Below, piece after piece: positions 20,452 through 28,417 of a DNA stretch of 64,000 nucleotides. The position numbers and the translations under genes are program-made. Under the pieces are notes generated by a model, which saw nothing but the letters and a program-made list of their open reading frames with translations, had not been told where the DNA came from and searched no databases. Source of the DNA: Bacteroidales bacterium (GTDB taxonomy: Bacteria > Bacteroidota > Bacteroidia > Bacteroidales > Muribaculaceae); NCBI GenBank assembly GCA_003150235.1, contig QAMW01000015.1:5471-69470 (forward strand), given 5' to 3'. Numbering within the stretch: the first letter of the stretch is position 1; each line of letters opens with the position of its first letter.

Positions 20452-20658
20452 ATGAACATTGACACTATCGGCTACAACGCCGGCCTTGTGTGGAATGCAC
20501 TTAACGAAGCTGACGCGCTTGGACTCAAACAAATCAAGAAAGTTACCAAACTGAAGGATAAGGAACTCTATGCAGCCCTCGGATGGCTTGCACGTGAAAA
20601 TAAAATCCTCATCGCCGAAAACGAAGACGACAAGGATCTTATAATATCACTCGCATAA
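20452..20658 (+). CDS. Small winged helix-turn-helix protein (DUF2582-like)
   Basis: 68 aa. IGYNAGLVWNALNE...YAALGWLARENKI matches the short wHTH family common in Bacteroidales. Followed by a strong terminator. Confidence 0.7.
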   Translation: MNIDTIGYNAGLVWNALNEADALGLKQIKKVTKLKDKELYAALGWLARENKILIAENEDDKDLIISLA

Positions 20659-20682
20659 AAACTTCGATACTCTACACTATAC

Positions 20683-20721
20683 GTGGGGTTGCGCCGGATT
20701 TCCGACACAACCCCACTTTTT
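20683..20721 (+). terminator. Rho-independent terminator after the wHTH gene
   Basis: 9-bp stem gtggggttg / caaccccac followed by ttttt. Confidence 0.7.
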
Positions 20722-20745
20722 ATCTGTATTGTTCGTGACAGATTC

Positions 20746-22041
20746 TTATTTTGTGGATGCTTGTTTATTCACAACCCATGTGGTGCAATTAAGTATGCCG
20801 CCGGTCAAAGCGATATCATTGTAATTAATGGTTTCAATTACTTTATCAGGGAAAACCTCTTTAAGTTTGGCATACGCTTCTGCATCTTTGTTTCCTGAAA
20901 CGCCAAATACAGGCATGACGATGAGATTTCCAACCTCAAGATAATTAAGATAAATGCCTATGGCATGGTCGGAGTTTCCCTTGATTTTATGCTCAAACCA
21001 TGGGAAATTTATATATTTGAGATTTGCCTTGTCAAGAGCTTTGATAATGTTAGTTTTCATATATACAAAGTCCTGCTCCAGATTATTTACAAGAACAGTA
21101 TTGTCATCTACAAAGCGCATCATTCCGTCGGCATGTCCTGTAAAATCATAATCTGTTTTGTAAGCCGGTATTATGATTATCTCACATTCAAGGAGCCTGG
21201 CAAGTTCTGTCATGAGATTTTCTCGTGTACAATCAGGATTTTCCGAGAAAATGCGGTCGGTTATAATGGCTTTATTTCCATGCATAACCACATTTCCTCC
21301 GTCAAGATTAATGTTAGAGAAAACAGGATTTATGTTGTTGACATTATCAACATGTTTAACATCAGAACGTGAATCAGAATACTTTGGGTCTTTCAAATAT
21401 GACGGGTCATATCGGAATTGAATCAACTTGCCGCTTGGAGTCTGAACAGGCATATAATCCCTGCACCAGATATCTTTTGTCTCTTCAAGAAAAGCAAAAG
21501 GAATCTGGTGTTTATTTAAAATATCTGTAAGATGTTTACAGGTTTCCGGATGTCGCGTAGCCAAAAGCGCCGATAGATATACTTTCTGTGTATTCTCACC
21601 TACATTTGCGGAAGATTTTGGCAATTCCGGCTCTTGAAAAGCCTGTACATCATCATTATTGTCGGGGTTACTATTCAAGTGACGTGCAATCCACTCGTTA
21701 CGGAACTTACTTTCATCATATCCCAGCAACAATTTGCAGATGTCAGGCGTAGGCTCGATGTTATTCTCATTGCAGATATCATAAAATATGGCAAGCTTGG
21801 AGCGCCCATTTGAATGGAAATTCTTAATAAATGATGATGATATTCTCTGATGGTATAACATCAATTTGCTGTTAATAAGAGAAAGAATTTTGTGCTGGCG
21901 TTTAATTGTAGTATTCTTATCAGCCAATTCGGTCATTAATTCTGCGAGAGGTTTCTTTTTTAACAGTTTATAGCCTGCAAGGATGGTTCCTCCTATACAA
22001 AGAATGCTGGCAATTATACTTAAAGATGATTCAATACTCAT
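20746..22041 (-). CDS. Membrane-anchored pentein-fold enzyme (agmatine deiminase / PAD_porph-like C-terminal domain) with an unknown N-terminal module
   Basis: N-terminal TM helix SLSIIASILCIGGTILAGYKLL. C-terminal motifs appear in the order DIWCRDYMP, NLDGGN, FTGHADGMMRF, LTGGILNCTTW (candidate Cys nucleophile). The gene is AT-rich. Confidence 0.55.
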   Translation of the reverse strand: MSIESSLSIIASILCIGGTILAGYKLLKKKPLAELMTELADKNTTIKRQHKILSLINSKLMLYHQRISSSFIKNFHSNGRSKLAIFYDICNENNIEPTPDICKLLLGYDESKFRNEWIARHLNSNPDNNDDVQAFQEPELPKSSANVGENTQKVYLSALLATRHPETCKHLTDILNKHQIPFAFLEETKDIWCRDYMPVQTPSGKLIQFRYDPSYLKDPKYSDSRSDVKHVDNVNNINPVFSNINLDGGNVVMHGNKAIITDRIFSENPDCTRENLMTELARLLECEIIIIPAYKTDYDFTGHADGMMRFVDDNTVLVNNLEQDFVYMKTNIIKALDKANLKYINFPWFEHKIKGNSDHAIGIYLNYLEVGNLIVMPVFGVSGNKDAEAYAKLKEVFPDKVIETINYNDIALTGGILNCTTWVVNKQASTK

Positions 22042-22046
22042 AAAAT

Positions 22047-22289
22047 TTAATTTTGTGTGGATGAACTATGCTCCTGGTTGGATATTGATGACGAAGTACG
22101 TGTCGATACTTTTGATGACAATTCACTCAATATCTCAATTATGTCTTCTTGTAGCTTAATCTGTCTGTTGATTTTAAAATACCACAAAACATACGGTCGA
22201 AAAATCAGTGAAACTACTATTCCGAAAATGATTCCTAAAAGTATATATAGGAGTATAACCCCTATATAGAACGATGCTATATTGTCCAT
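22047..22289 (-). CDS. 80-aa single-pass membrane protein
   Basis: The internal ATG gives MDNIASFYIGVILLYILLGIIFGIVVSLIF (TM) followed by a Ser/Thr-rich tail. It starts 4 nt after the lipoprotein stop and ends 5 nt before the next start. The longer ORF would overlap the lipoprotein gene by 122 nt. Confidence 0.5.
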   Translation of the reverse strand: MDNIASFYIGVILLYILLGIIFGIVVSLIFRPYVLWYFKINRQIKLQEDIIEILSELSSKVSTRTSSSISNQEHSSSTQN

Positions 22290-22293
22290 AACT

Positions 22294-22680
22294 TTATAAT
22301 TTAACCCAAGTTCCTTTAGCAAATCCAGAACCAACGATACTATCCTCGCTGACAATTTCAAACAAGAGGTCTGATTTGTCTGTATGAACGCGTATAAATT
22401 CTTCATCACGCTCATAACTGGAAGGGTAAGGTCCCATAATTGATTTGATTACTACAGTTGTTTTTCCCTTAAATTCAAGAGCCGGATAAAAAGGATTGTC
22501 TTTGGATTCCCATGTTCCGTTAATATTGATTTCGCTTAACGGTGTAACTAATGCTTCCTCCTCGATAATAGAATCGTTTGCGATTTGTGAATCTTCTTTA
22601 GATGTATGTGTACAGGAAGATATTAGCAGGACGGATGAGGTCAGACATACACTCAAATGATGATGATTGATGGTTTTCAT
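22294..22680 (-). CDS. Small lipoprotein (128 aa), function unknown
   Basis: Lipobox in MKTINHHHLSVCLTSSVLLISSC. First ORF of the AT-rich cassette. Confidence 0.6.
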   Translation of the reverse strand: MKTINHHHLSVCLTSSVLLISSCTHTSKEDSQIANDSIIEEEALVTPLSEININGTWESKDNPFYPALEFKGKTTVVIKSIMGPYPSSYERDEEFIRVHTDKSDLLFEIVSEDSIVGSGFAKGTWVKL

Positions 22681-23099
22681 GTTCTTTCATTGCGAAGCTG
22701 CCCGTCCCATCCAGCATCGAGCAAGATTATTGGTTTATAAAAAAGAAAAGCGCGGGACGATTCTACTGATTATCTGATTCGGGGCATCGCCAAACGCCGT
22801 TGAAGAAATAAACAGTCCGCTCCCACGCCTTATCGGATATCGATACCCCTTGCCGGGGAGCGGATATGCGACAAGCATGAGCGTCTTTTGACTGCCTATC
22901 CTTCTTCAGTAAAATTTGGCGATTTTCGAATCAAGGATAAAGCAAAAACGCTTTTCAAATATGTATGGTGAGGACACGGTGTGTCTCACCGGATGCAAAT
23001 ATACAAAAAAATTGTGGTTTAACAATTTAACATTGCGACACGACAGACAGAACGACAGAATTTAGACTGCGATTGCCATTTTTTAGCTTATAATTATGG

Positions 23100-23293
23100 T
23101 AAGTAACTCTTAAAAATTAGTTTATAAGTTCTTATTTCAATAACCCTACGGGCTGATATATCCTTATTCGTTTTTCCGGTGATTTACCGGCTGTCAATCA
23201 GTCATGTAGCCCGCTACATTTCTTCTTTCCACCCGTAAAATCCCTCGCAAATACTTCATAATTATATATCAGCTAATTTTTGCGAGTTACTTA
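23100..23293. repeat. 194-bp segment bounded by 21-bp imperfect inverted repeats (candidate invertible DNA switch or MITE)
   Basis: taagtaactcttaaaaattag (23100-23120) matches the reverse complement of ctaatttttgcgagttactta (23273-23293) at 19 of 21 positions. No ORF inside. Confidence 0.5.
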
Positions 23294-23348
23294 TAAACAG
23301 TCTGAACATATAAGGGAATTGGCTACTATATGATTCCGGTGTTTAGGT

Positions 23349-24746
23349 TTAGGGACGGGGGATCCAGCGGTTGCGGAGGAGGCGGATGAGGAAGATGGTG
23401 CCGCGGAATATCAGCTCGGCGCACATGGCTATCCACACGCCTTTAAGCCCCATGGTGCGCGACAGTATCCAGGCGAGCGGCAGACGCACAATCCAGATGC
23501 TGCCGAAATTCATCACCGCCGGCAATGTCGTGCTGCCGACACCTACAAATACGCCGTAAGCCACAATCGAGGCGGCAAACATCGGCTCAGCCCACGCCTC
23601 GATGCGCAATATCTCTGCACCGAGGCGGCTGATGTCGGCGACCGGGGTCATCATCTCCATAATCCATGGCGCGACAATCCACATGGCGACTCCCATCACG
23701 GTCATGACAATCATGCCGAGCCCCACCGTGATGTAGGCGAAACGCTTCACAAGGTCACGGCGCGATGCACCGTAGCTCTGACCGACAAGTGTTGTTGCCG
23801 CATCGCCGATACCGTAGCCCGGCATGTAACAGAGACTCTCGGCGGTCACGGCAAAGGCGTTGGCGGCAATCGCGATGACTCCGAGTGGCGCGACAATCAT
23901 CGTGACGGCAATCTGTGCGCCACATATCACGGCATGTTCGATTGTCATCGGTGCCGATATGGTAGCTGCCTTCCGTAATACCTGGCGGCGCGGGCGATAG
24001 CTGCCGTGGAGTCCGCGCAGGCGCAGTTCAGGCTGGCGGCAGTAGACCCAGTAGAGCATCAGAAGTGCGGTAACAGCCTCGGCAAGCACTGTACCGAGGG
24101 CGGCTCCAAGCACACCGAGACCGGCGCCGGGCATCGTGACGGTGAGACCAAATATATCTATGTCGCGTGTAGGGAATATGAGAAGAAAATTAAACAGGCA
24201 GTCCATGACACACATCATGACATTCAGCAGACTCGGCACCTTGATATTGCCGACACACCGCAGCATGCCTCCTGCGAGATAGTTCATTGTGAGCAACGGT
24301 AGGGCGGCGATAAATACTATGAAATACAGCGATGCCTGAGGACTGATGATATCGGTTCCTCCAAGCCAGTAGGGGAGAGGGCGGCTTATCGCAGCTCCGA
24401 CAGCCATCACCGCCACGCTAAAGAGAAGGCAAGCCACTATTGCCTGGCGCAACACGTCACGTGCCCCGGCAAAATCTTTTGCCCCGACTTTATGTGCCAC
24501 CTGCACGGAGAAGCCTGTGGTGACCGCAGAGCAGATGCCCCAGAAGAGCCACAGCGAGGTAGACACAAGTCCGATAGCCGCCGACGGGTCGGCACCGAGG
24601 TGACCTACCATCGACGCGTCGATATATTGCATGAGTATGCTCGATAGCTGCGCGAGCATAGCCGGGAGCGACAGCATCACCGTCAGCCTTATCTGCTGAC
24701 GGAATGTCATCGCTTTTCCCTCGCGTATCATTGCAATATCAGCCAT
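23349..24746 (-). CDS. MATE family efflux transporter
   Basis: 465 aa, 12 predicted TM segments. The N-terminal LSLPAMLAQLSSILMQYIDASMVGHLG is typical of MATE/NorM proteins. Confidence 0.88.
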   Translation of the reverse strand: MADIAMIREGKAMTFRQQIRLTVMLSLPAMLAQLSSILMQYIDASMVGHLGADPSAAIGLVSTSLWLFWGICSAVTTGFSVQVAHKVGAKDFAGARDVLRQAIVACLLFSVAVMAVGAAISRPLPYWLGGTDIISPQASLYFIVFIAALPLLTMNYLAGGMLRCVGNIKVPSLLNVMMCVMDCLFNFLLIFPTRDIDIFGLTVTMPGAGLGVLGAALGTVLAEAVTALLMLYWVYCRQPELRLRGLHGSYRPRRQVLRKAATISAPMTIEHAVICGAQIAVTMIVAPLGVIAIAANAFAVTAESLCYMPGYGIGDAATTLVGQSYGASRRDLVKRFAYITVGLGMIVMTVMGVAMWIVAPWIMEMMTPVADISRLGAEILRIEAWAEPMFAASIVAYGVFVGVGSTTLPAVMNFGSIWIVRLPLAWILSRTMGLKGVWIAMCAELIFRGTIFLIRLLRNRWIPRP

Positions 24747-24761
24747 CGTTGTCTCCCGGTG

Positions 24762-25931
24762 TTACTTCTTTATATTGTCAACTGCTCGGCACAGGCGGCG
24801 CAACCCTTCAAGAAGACGGCTGCGCGGACATGCCATATTGATACGGATATATCCTTTGGTGCCATACATCGCCCCGGCATTGACCCACACTTTCTCAGTT
24901 TCCAGTGCGTATTCCTCCAGACGCGTGGAGTCTATGCCGAGCGGCTGGATGTCAACCCAGGCAAGATAGGTCGCTTCAAGACGGCATACTTTCAGCTGCG
25001 GCAATTCGGCGGCGAAGAAATCAAGGAGCGCGCGGTAGTTTTCCGCTATATAGCCACGCAGCGCATCAAGCCACGGCTCACCGGTGGTATAGGCTGAAAT
25101 AAGCGCGACAACCCCGAAGGGATTCACATCACACACCTCGTTGTCGTTGATGGCACGGTCGATGACGGCTCTGACCGGCTCCGACGGCGCCACGATATTG
25201 GCAATCTGAAGTCCGGCGATGTTGAATGCCTTGCTCGGAGAGCAACACACCACCGCATCAGGGTCGATGGTGGCGTAAGGCACATACTCCCTTCCGGGCA
25301 AAGTGAGTTCGCAGTGTATCTCGTCGCTGACCACGGTCACTCCGTGACGGTGACATATTGTGGCGATACGTTCAAGTTCCTCACGGGTCCAGATACGTCC
25401 GGTAGGATTGTGGGGATTGCAGAGTATGAGCAGCTTGTTTGCCGGGTCGGCACACACTGTTTCAAGCGACTCGAAATCGAAGACATAGGTAAACGAGTCA
25501 CCGCAGTCGATGCGTCTTAGCGGATTCTCGACAATCGTACAGCTGTTGTTGCGGATGGAGGAGAAAAAGCAGTTGTAGGCGGGGGTATTCACAATCACTC
25601 CGTCACCTGGGCGTGTAAGTGCCTTGATTATGGCGGAAACGGCTGGTACGACTCCTGAGGTATATATTACCATCTCCGGGTCGATGGACCAGCCATGGCG
25701 GCGCATATTCCAGCCGGTCAGTGCCTCGTAATATTCGTCAGGGACCTTGACATAACCGAACACACCGTGGTCAACTCGCTTTCTCAGTGCCTCGATTATT
25801 GCCGGTGCTGTTCGGAAATCCATGTCGGCGACCCAGAGAGGTATCACCTCCCGGTCGCCGCTGGAGTCCCATTTGTAAGAGCCGGTAGCGTGACGGTCAA
25901 CCGGTGTGTCAAAATCAAATTCCGCGGTCAT
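24762..25931 (-). CDS. PLP-dependent C-S lyase, MalY/PatB family (cystathionine beta-lyase-type aminotransferase)
   Basis: N-terminal FDFDTPVDRHATGSYKWD signature and the SPSKAFNIAGL PLP-lysine motif. Confidence 0.88.
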   Translation of the reverse strand: MTAEFDFDTPVDRHATGSYKWDSSGDREVIPLWVADMDFRTAPAIIEALRKRVDHGVFGYVKVPDEYYEALTGWNMRRHGWSIDPEMVIYTSGVVPAVSAIIKALTRPGDGVIVNTPAYNCFFSSIRNNSCTIVENPLRRIDCGDSFTYVFDFESLETVCADPANKLLILCNPHNPTGRIWTREELERIATICHRHGVTVVSDEIHCELTLPGREYVPYATIDPDAVVCCSPSKAFNIAGLQIANIVAPSEPVRAVIDRAINDNEVCDVNPFGVVALISAYTTGEPWLDALRGYIAENYRALLDFFAAELPQLKVCRLEATYLAWVDIQPLGIDSTRLEEYALETEKVWVNAGAMYGTKGYIRINMACPRSRLLEGLRRLCRAVDNIKK

Positions 25932-26773
25932 TGACGTGTGATTATTTCGACGGGATCTTTTGCAAGACTGTTGGCATCGATTATCACTTCACCTACCGAT
26001 TCAGCCTCTATCCTGCCTGCAATAGGATTCTTTATGCTCGTCACGGGTGACAGGATGGTAGCTTTTACCTCGCTGTCTTCAAACGCGAGGTCGCAGTCGG
26101 GTGCAAACTCGCAATCTTCGAGCACGAGGTCGCGGGCATAGCAGAGGGGCTGTGTCCCGCTTATCTTGCAGCGCACGAGGTGCAGGCGGCGTGAGTGCCA
26201 TCCAAGATACTCGCCGTTCAGTACTGAGTCATAAACGGTGACATTTTCCGTACCCCAAAAGGCATCTTTCGAGTCGATGTGAGCGTTGTGTATCTCTACA
26301 TCGCTGCAATACTGGAAGGAATAGTTGCCCTCCTGACGGTAGCGGTTGATGCGTATGTGATGGCTGTGTATGAAAAGGTAGTCGGCGTTTTTGACCTCTA
26401 CATCTTCGATGTCAACATTGCTGCAATGCCACAAAGTCTCTTCGGCATCGGGAATGGTGACACGACGTAGCACAATGCCGTCAAGCTCGCGGAACATCTT
26501 GGGCGCCTCTACACGCGTATCGGTCATCACGACATTACGCGAATACCATAGGGCGGCACGGGCGCCGGGTGTAAACGTACATTCCCTTACACGGGAACCG
26601 TCAGTATGCCAGAAAGGATACTTTCCTTCAAAACGGCAATGTACCGCGTCAATGTTCGCACAACATTTCAATGCCGATTCCCCTGCGTGAAACACGACAT
26701 CATAAAGCCGCAGGTTACGGCTGGCGAAGAGCGGTCGCTCTCCGCCAAATTCCTGATTGGTTATTTCGGTCAT
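25928..26773 (-). CDS. DUF3737 family protein (beta-helix-like)
   Basis: FGGERPLFASRNLRLYDVVFHAGESALKCC...CRFEGKYPFWH matches my recollection of the DUF3737 N-terminus. 4-nt overlap with the PatB gene. Confidence 0.65.
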   Translation of the reverse strand: MTEITNQEFGGERPLFASRNLRLYDVVFHAGESALKCCANIDAVHCRFEGKYPFWHTDGSRVRECTFTPGARAALWYSRNVVMTDTRVEAPKMFRELDGIVLRRVTIPDAEETLWHCSNVDIEDVEVKNADYLFIHSHHIRINRYRQEGNYSFQYCSDVEIHNAHIDSKDAFWGTENVTVYDSVLNGEYLGWHSRRLHLVRCKISGTQPLCYARDLVLEDCEFAPDCDLAFEDSEVKATILSPVTSIKNPIAGRIEAESVGEVIIDANSLAKDPVEIITRQ

Positions 26774-26793
26774 AGTGAATCAATATATTTGAT

Positions 26794-26866
26794 GTTTATG
26801 GTTTATGGTTTATGGTTTAGTGCGGAATCGTCTAAACCCTAAACCCTAAACTCTAAACTTTAAACC
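26794..26866. repeat. Inverted arrays of tandem heptamers (GTTTATG x3-4 facing CTAAACC/CTAAACT x5), telomere-like CCCTAAA
   Basis: gtttatggtttatggtttatggtttag, loop tgcggaatcgt, then ctaaaccctaaaccctaaactctaaactttaaacc. The arms pair at 18 of 20 positions. Confidence 0.8.
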
Positions 26867-26901
26867 TTCAACTTTCGCAAGCGAAAGTTGAATCATTTTT
26901 T
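26867..26901. terminator. Strong hairpin with T-tract between the DUF362 gene stop and the DUF3737 operon start
   Basis: Perfect 12-bp stem ttcaactttcgc / gcgaaagttgaa, followed on the plus strand by tcatttttt and on the minus strand by T-rich heptamer repeats. Lies 49 nt downstream of the minus-strand stop at 26950. Confidence 0.55.
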
Positions 26902-26949
26902 GCAGTTATCCTCGCCTCGGGGATATTTATAATGTATAATCCCAGGTGA

Positions 26950-27945
26950 TTATTCTATGGTCACAAGCGTGTATTTCTGAGAACCGAGCCCGAGTTTCTC
27001 GGCGGCTTCGAGGGTATGTGTGCCGTGACGTGAGTTTATGCGCTCAAGAAGGTCTTCCTTGCCTGCCTCGTCAGTGTGCATCACCATGTCAACCGATGCC
27101 CTGTCGAGAGCCACGGGGTCAAGTGACGCGAGTATGCCGAGGTCGCCCATTACAGGGGGAGCCGCATTGGCGTCACAGTCGCAATCGACCGAGAGATTAT
27201 TGGCGACGTTTATAAAAAGCATACGGTCATCCATGTGGTCAAACACCCCTTTGCAGGCATCAGCCATTGATTCGAGGAATACATCCTGCTCTGCAATGTT
27301 GTCCCATATTACCGATGCGTCATGCACCTTGCCTCCTGAATGAATCCATGCCTTTCCGTCAGATGAGGCTATGCCTATTGCCACATTTTTAAGTGCGCCG
27401 CCAAATCCGCCCATAGCGTGTCCCTTGAAATGAGACAATACCACGAGGAAGTCGTAGTCGAGGAAATGCTTGCCGACATAATTCTTGTCGAGATGCAATC
27501 CTCCGTTTACCGGAATGATAGTGTCGCCTTCTGCATCCATGATGTCAACTTTGGCAATTTTGTTGTAGCCGTGTTCTTCCACAGTGCGCAGATGCTTTTC
27601 GGTGGTGTTACGCGATCCTTCGTATGCAGTGTTGCATTCCACGAGAGTACCATTGACTTTCTGCACAAAATCCTTTATCAAGTCAGGATCAAGCTGGTGG
27701 CTCTTGTCGGACTCTCCTGTGGAAATCTTGACCGCCACATTGTTTCCCTCGGCTTTTCTGCCAAGAGCCTCATAGATTTTCACAATGTTTTCAGGGGTGA
27801 TGTCCTTGATGTAATATACGACAGGGAGAGAATCGGCTTCTGATGTCGTGGTGTCGGCGGATGCCTTTACGCTGTTGGCGCAGCTGCTCATGCTGAGAAG
27901 AGTGCCACAGGCTGCGCAGAGGAGAAATGATTTTTTAAGTATCAT
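26950..27945 (-). CDS. DUF362 domain lipoprotein
   Basis: Lipobox in MILKKSFLLCAACGTLLSMSSC. The core LSHFKGHAMGGFGGALKNVAIG is typical of DUF362. Confidence 0.65.
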   Translation of the reverse strand: MILKKSFLLCAACGTLLSMSSCANSVKASADTTTSEADSLPVVYYIKDITPENIVKIYEALGRKAEGNNVAVKISTGESDKSHQLDPDLIKDFVQKVNGTLVECNTAYEGSRNTTEKHLRTVEEHGYNKIAKVDIMDAEGDTIIPVNGGLHLDKNYVGKHFLDYDFLVVLSHFKGHAMGGFGGALKNVAIGIASSDGKAWIHSGGKVHDASVIWDNIAEQDVFLESMADACKGVFDHMDDRMLFINVANNLSVDCDCDANAAPPVMGDLGILASLDPVALDRASVDMVMHTDEAGKEDLLERINSRHGTHTLEAAEKLGLGSQKYTLVTIE

Positions 27946-28056
27946 ATTGAAATGTTTTAATTGGTTAAACACAATAATTCACTTTACAAAGTTACAGCAA
28001 AAAACAGATTAAAAATTACCATTAGACCATTAAAAACTACCATAATTACAGAAACG

Positions 28057-28084
28057 AAGGAGCATCACACACATGATGCCCCTT
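28057..28084 (-). terminator. Hairpin downstream of hpf
   Basis: aaggagcatc / gatgcccctt stem with 1 mismatch, followed on the minus strand by cgtttctg. Confidence 0.4.
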
Positions 28085-28114
28085 CTTATCATTATCGATT
28101 GCGTATCGGGCGAG

Positions 28115-28417
28115 CTATCTGCCGGATTCCTTGCCTTTCTGGCGTTCAAGCTGTTTGCCGAGAGCCTCAAGCGAGAGGTCGACTGCTTCTTCAAATGTAT
28201 CGGCTATTTTGGATGCAAATATATCTTCACGCGGCGGAACGGATATAAGTATTCCGGCTTCCTTGTTCATTGATGTTTCCGGCTTTACTACGTTGAGAGT
28301 GACTTCAACGGTGGTTATGTTTTCGTAATGACGGGCAAGACGGTTGACTTTCTTGATGATAAAGTCTTTCAGGCTTTCGGTGGCGTCAAAGTGGATTGAC
28401 TTGATGTTAACTTCCAT
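28115..28417 (-). CDS. hpf: Ribosome hibernation promoting factor (HPF/RaiA, short form)
   Basis: 100 aa. MEVNIKSIHFDATESLKDFIIKKVNRLARHYENI matches the sigma-54 modulation / S30EA family. Confidence 0.88.
   Translation of the reverse strand: MEVNIKSIHFDATESLKDFIIKKVNRLARHYENITTVEVTLNVVKPETSMNKEAGILISVPPREDIFASKIADTFEEAVDLSLEALGKQLERQKGKESGR

Noticed and set aside
26794-26866. Short tandem repeats considered as a CRISPR array.
   Set aside because: The units are only 7 nt long, directly adjacent with no spacers, and arranged as an inverted pair. No cas genes are present in the window.
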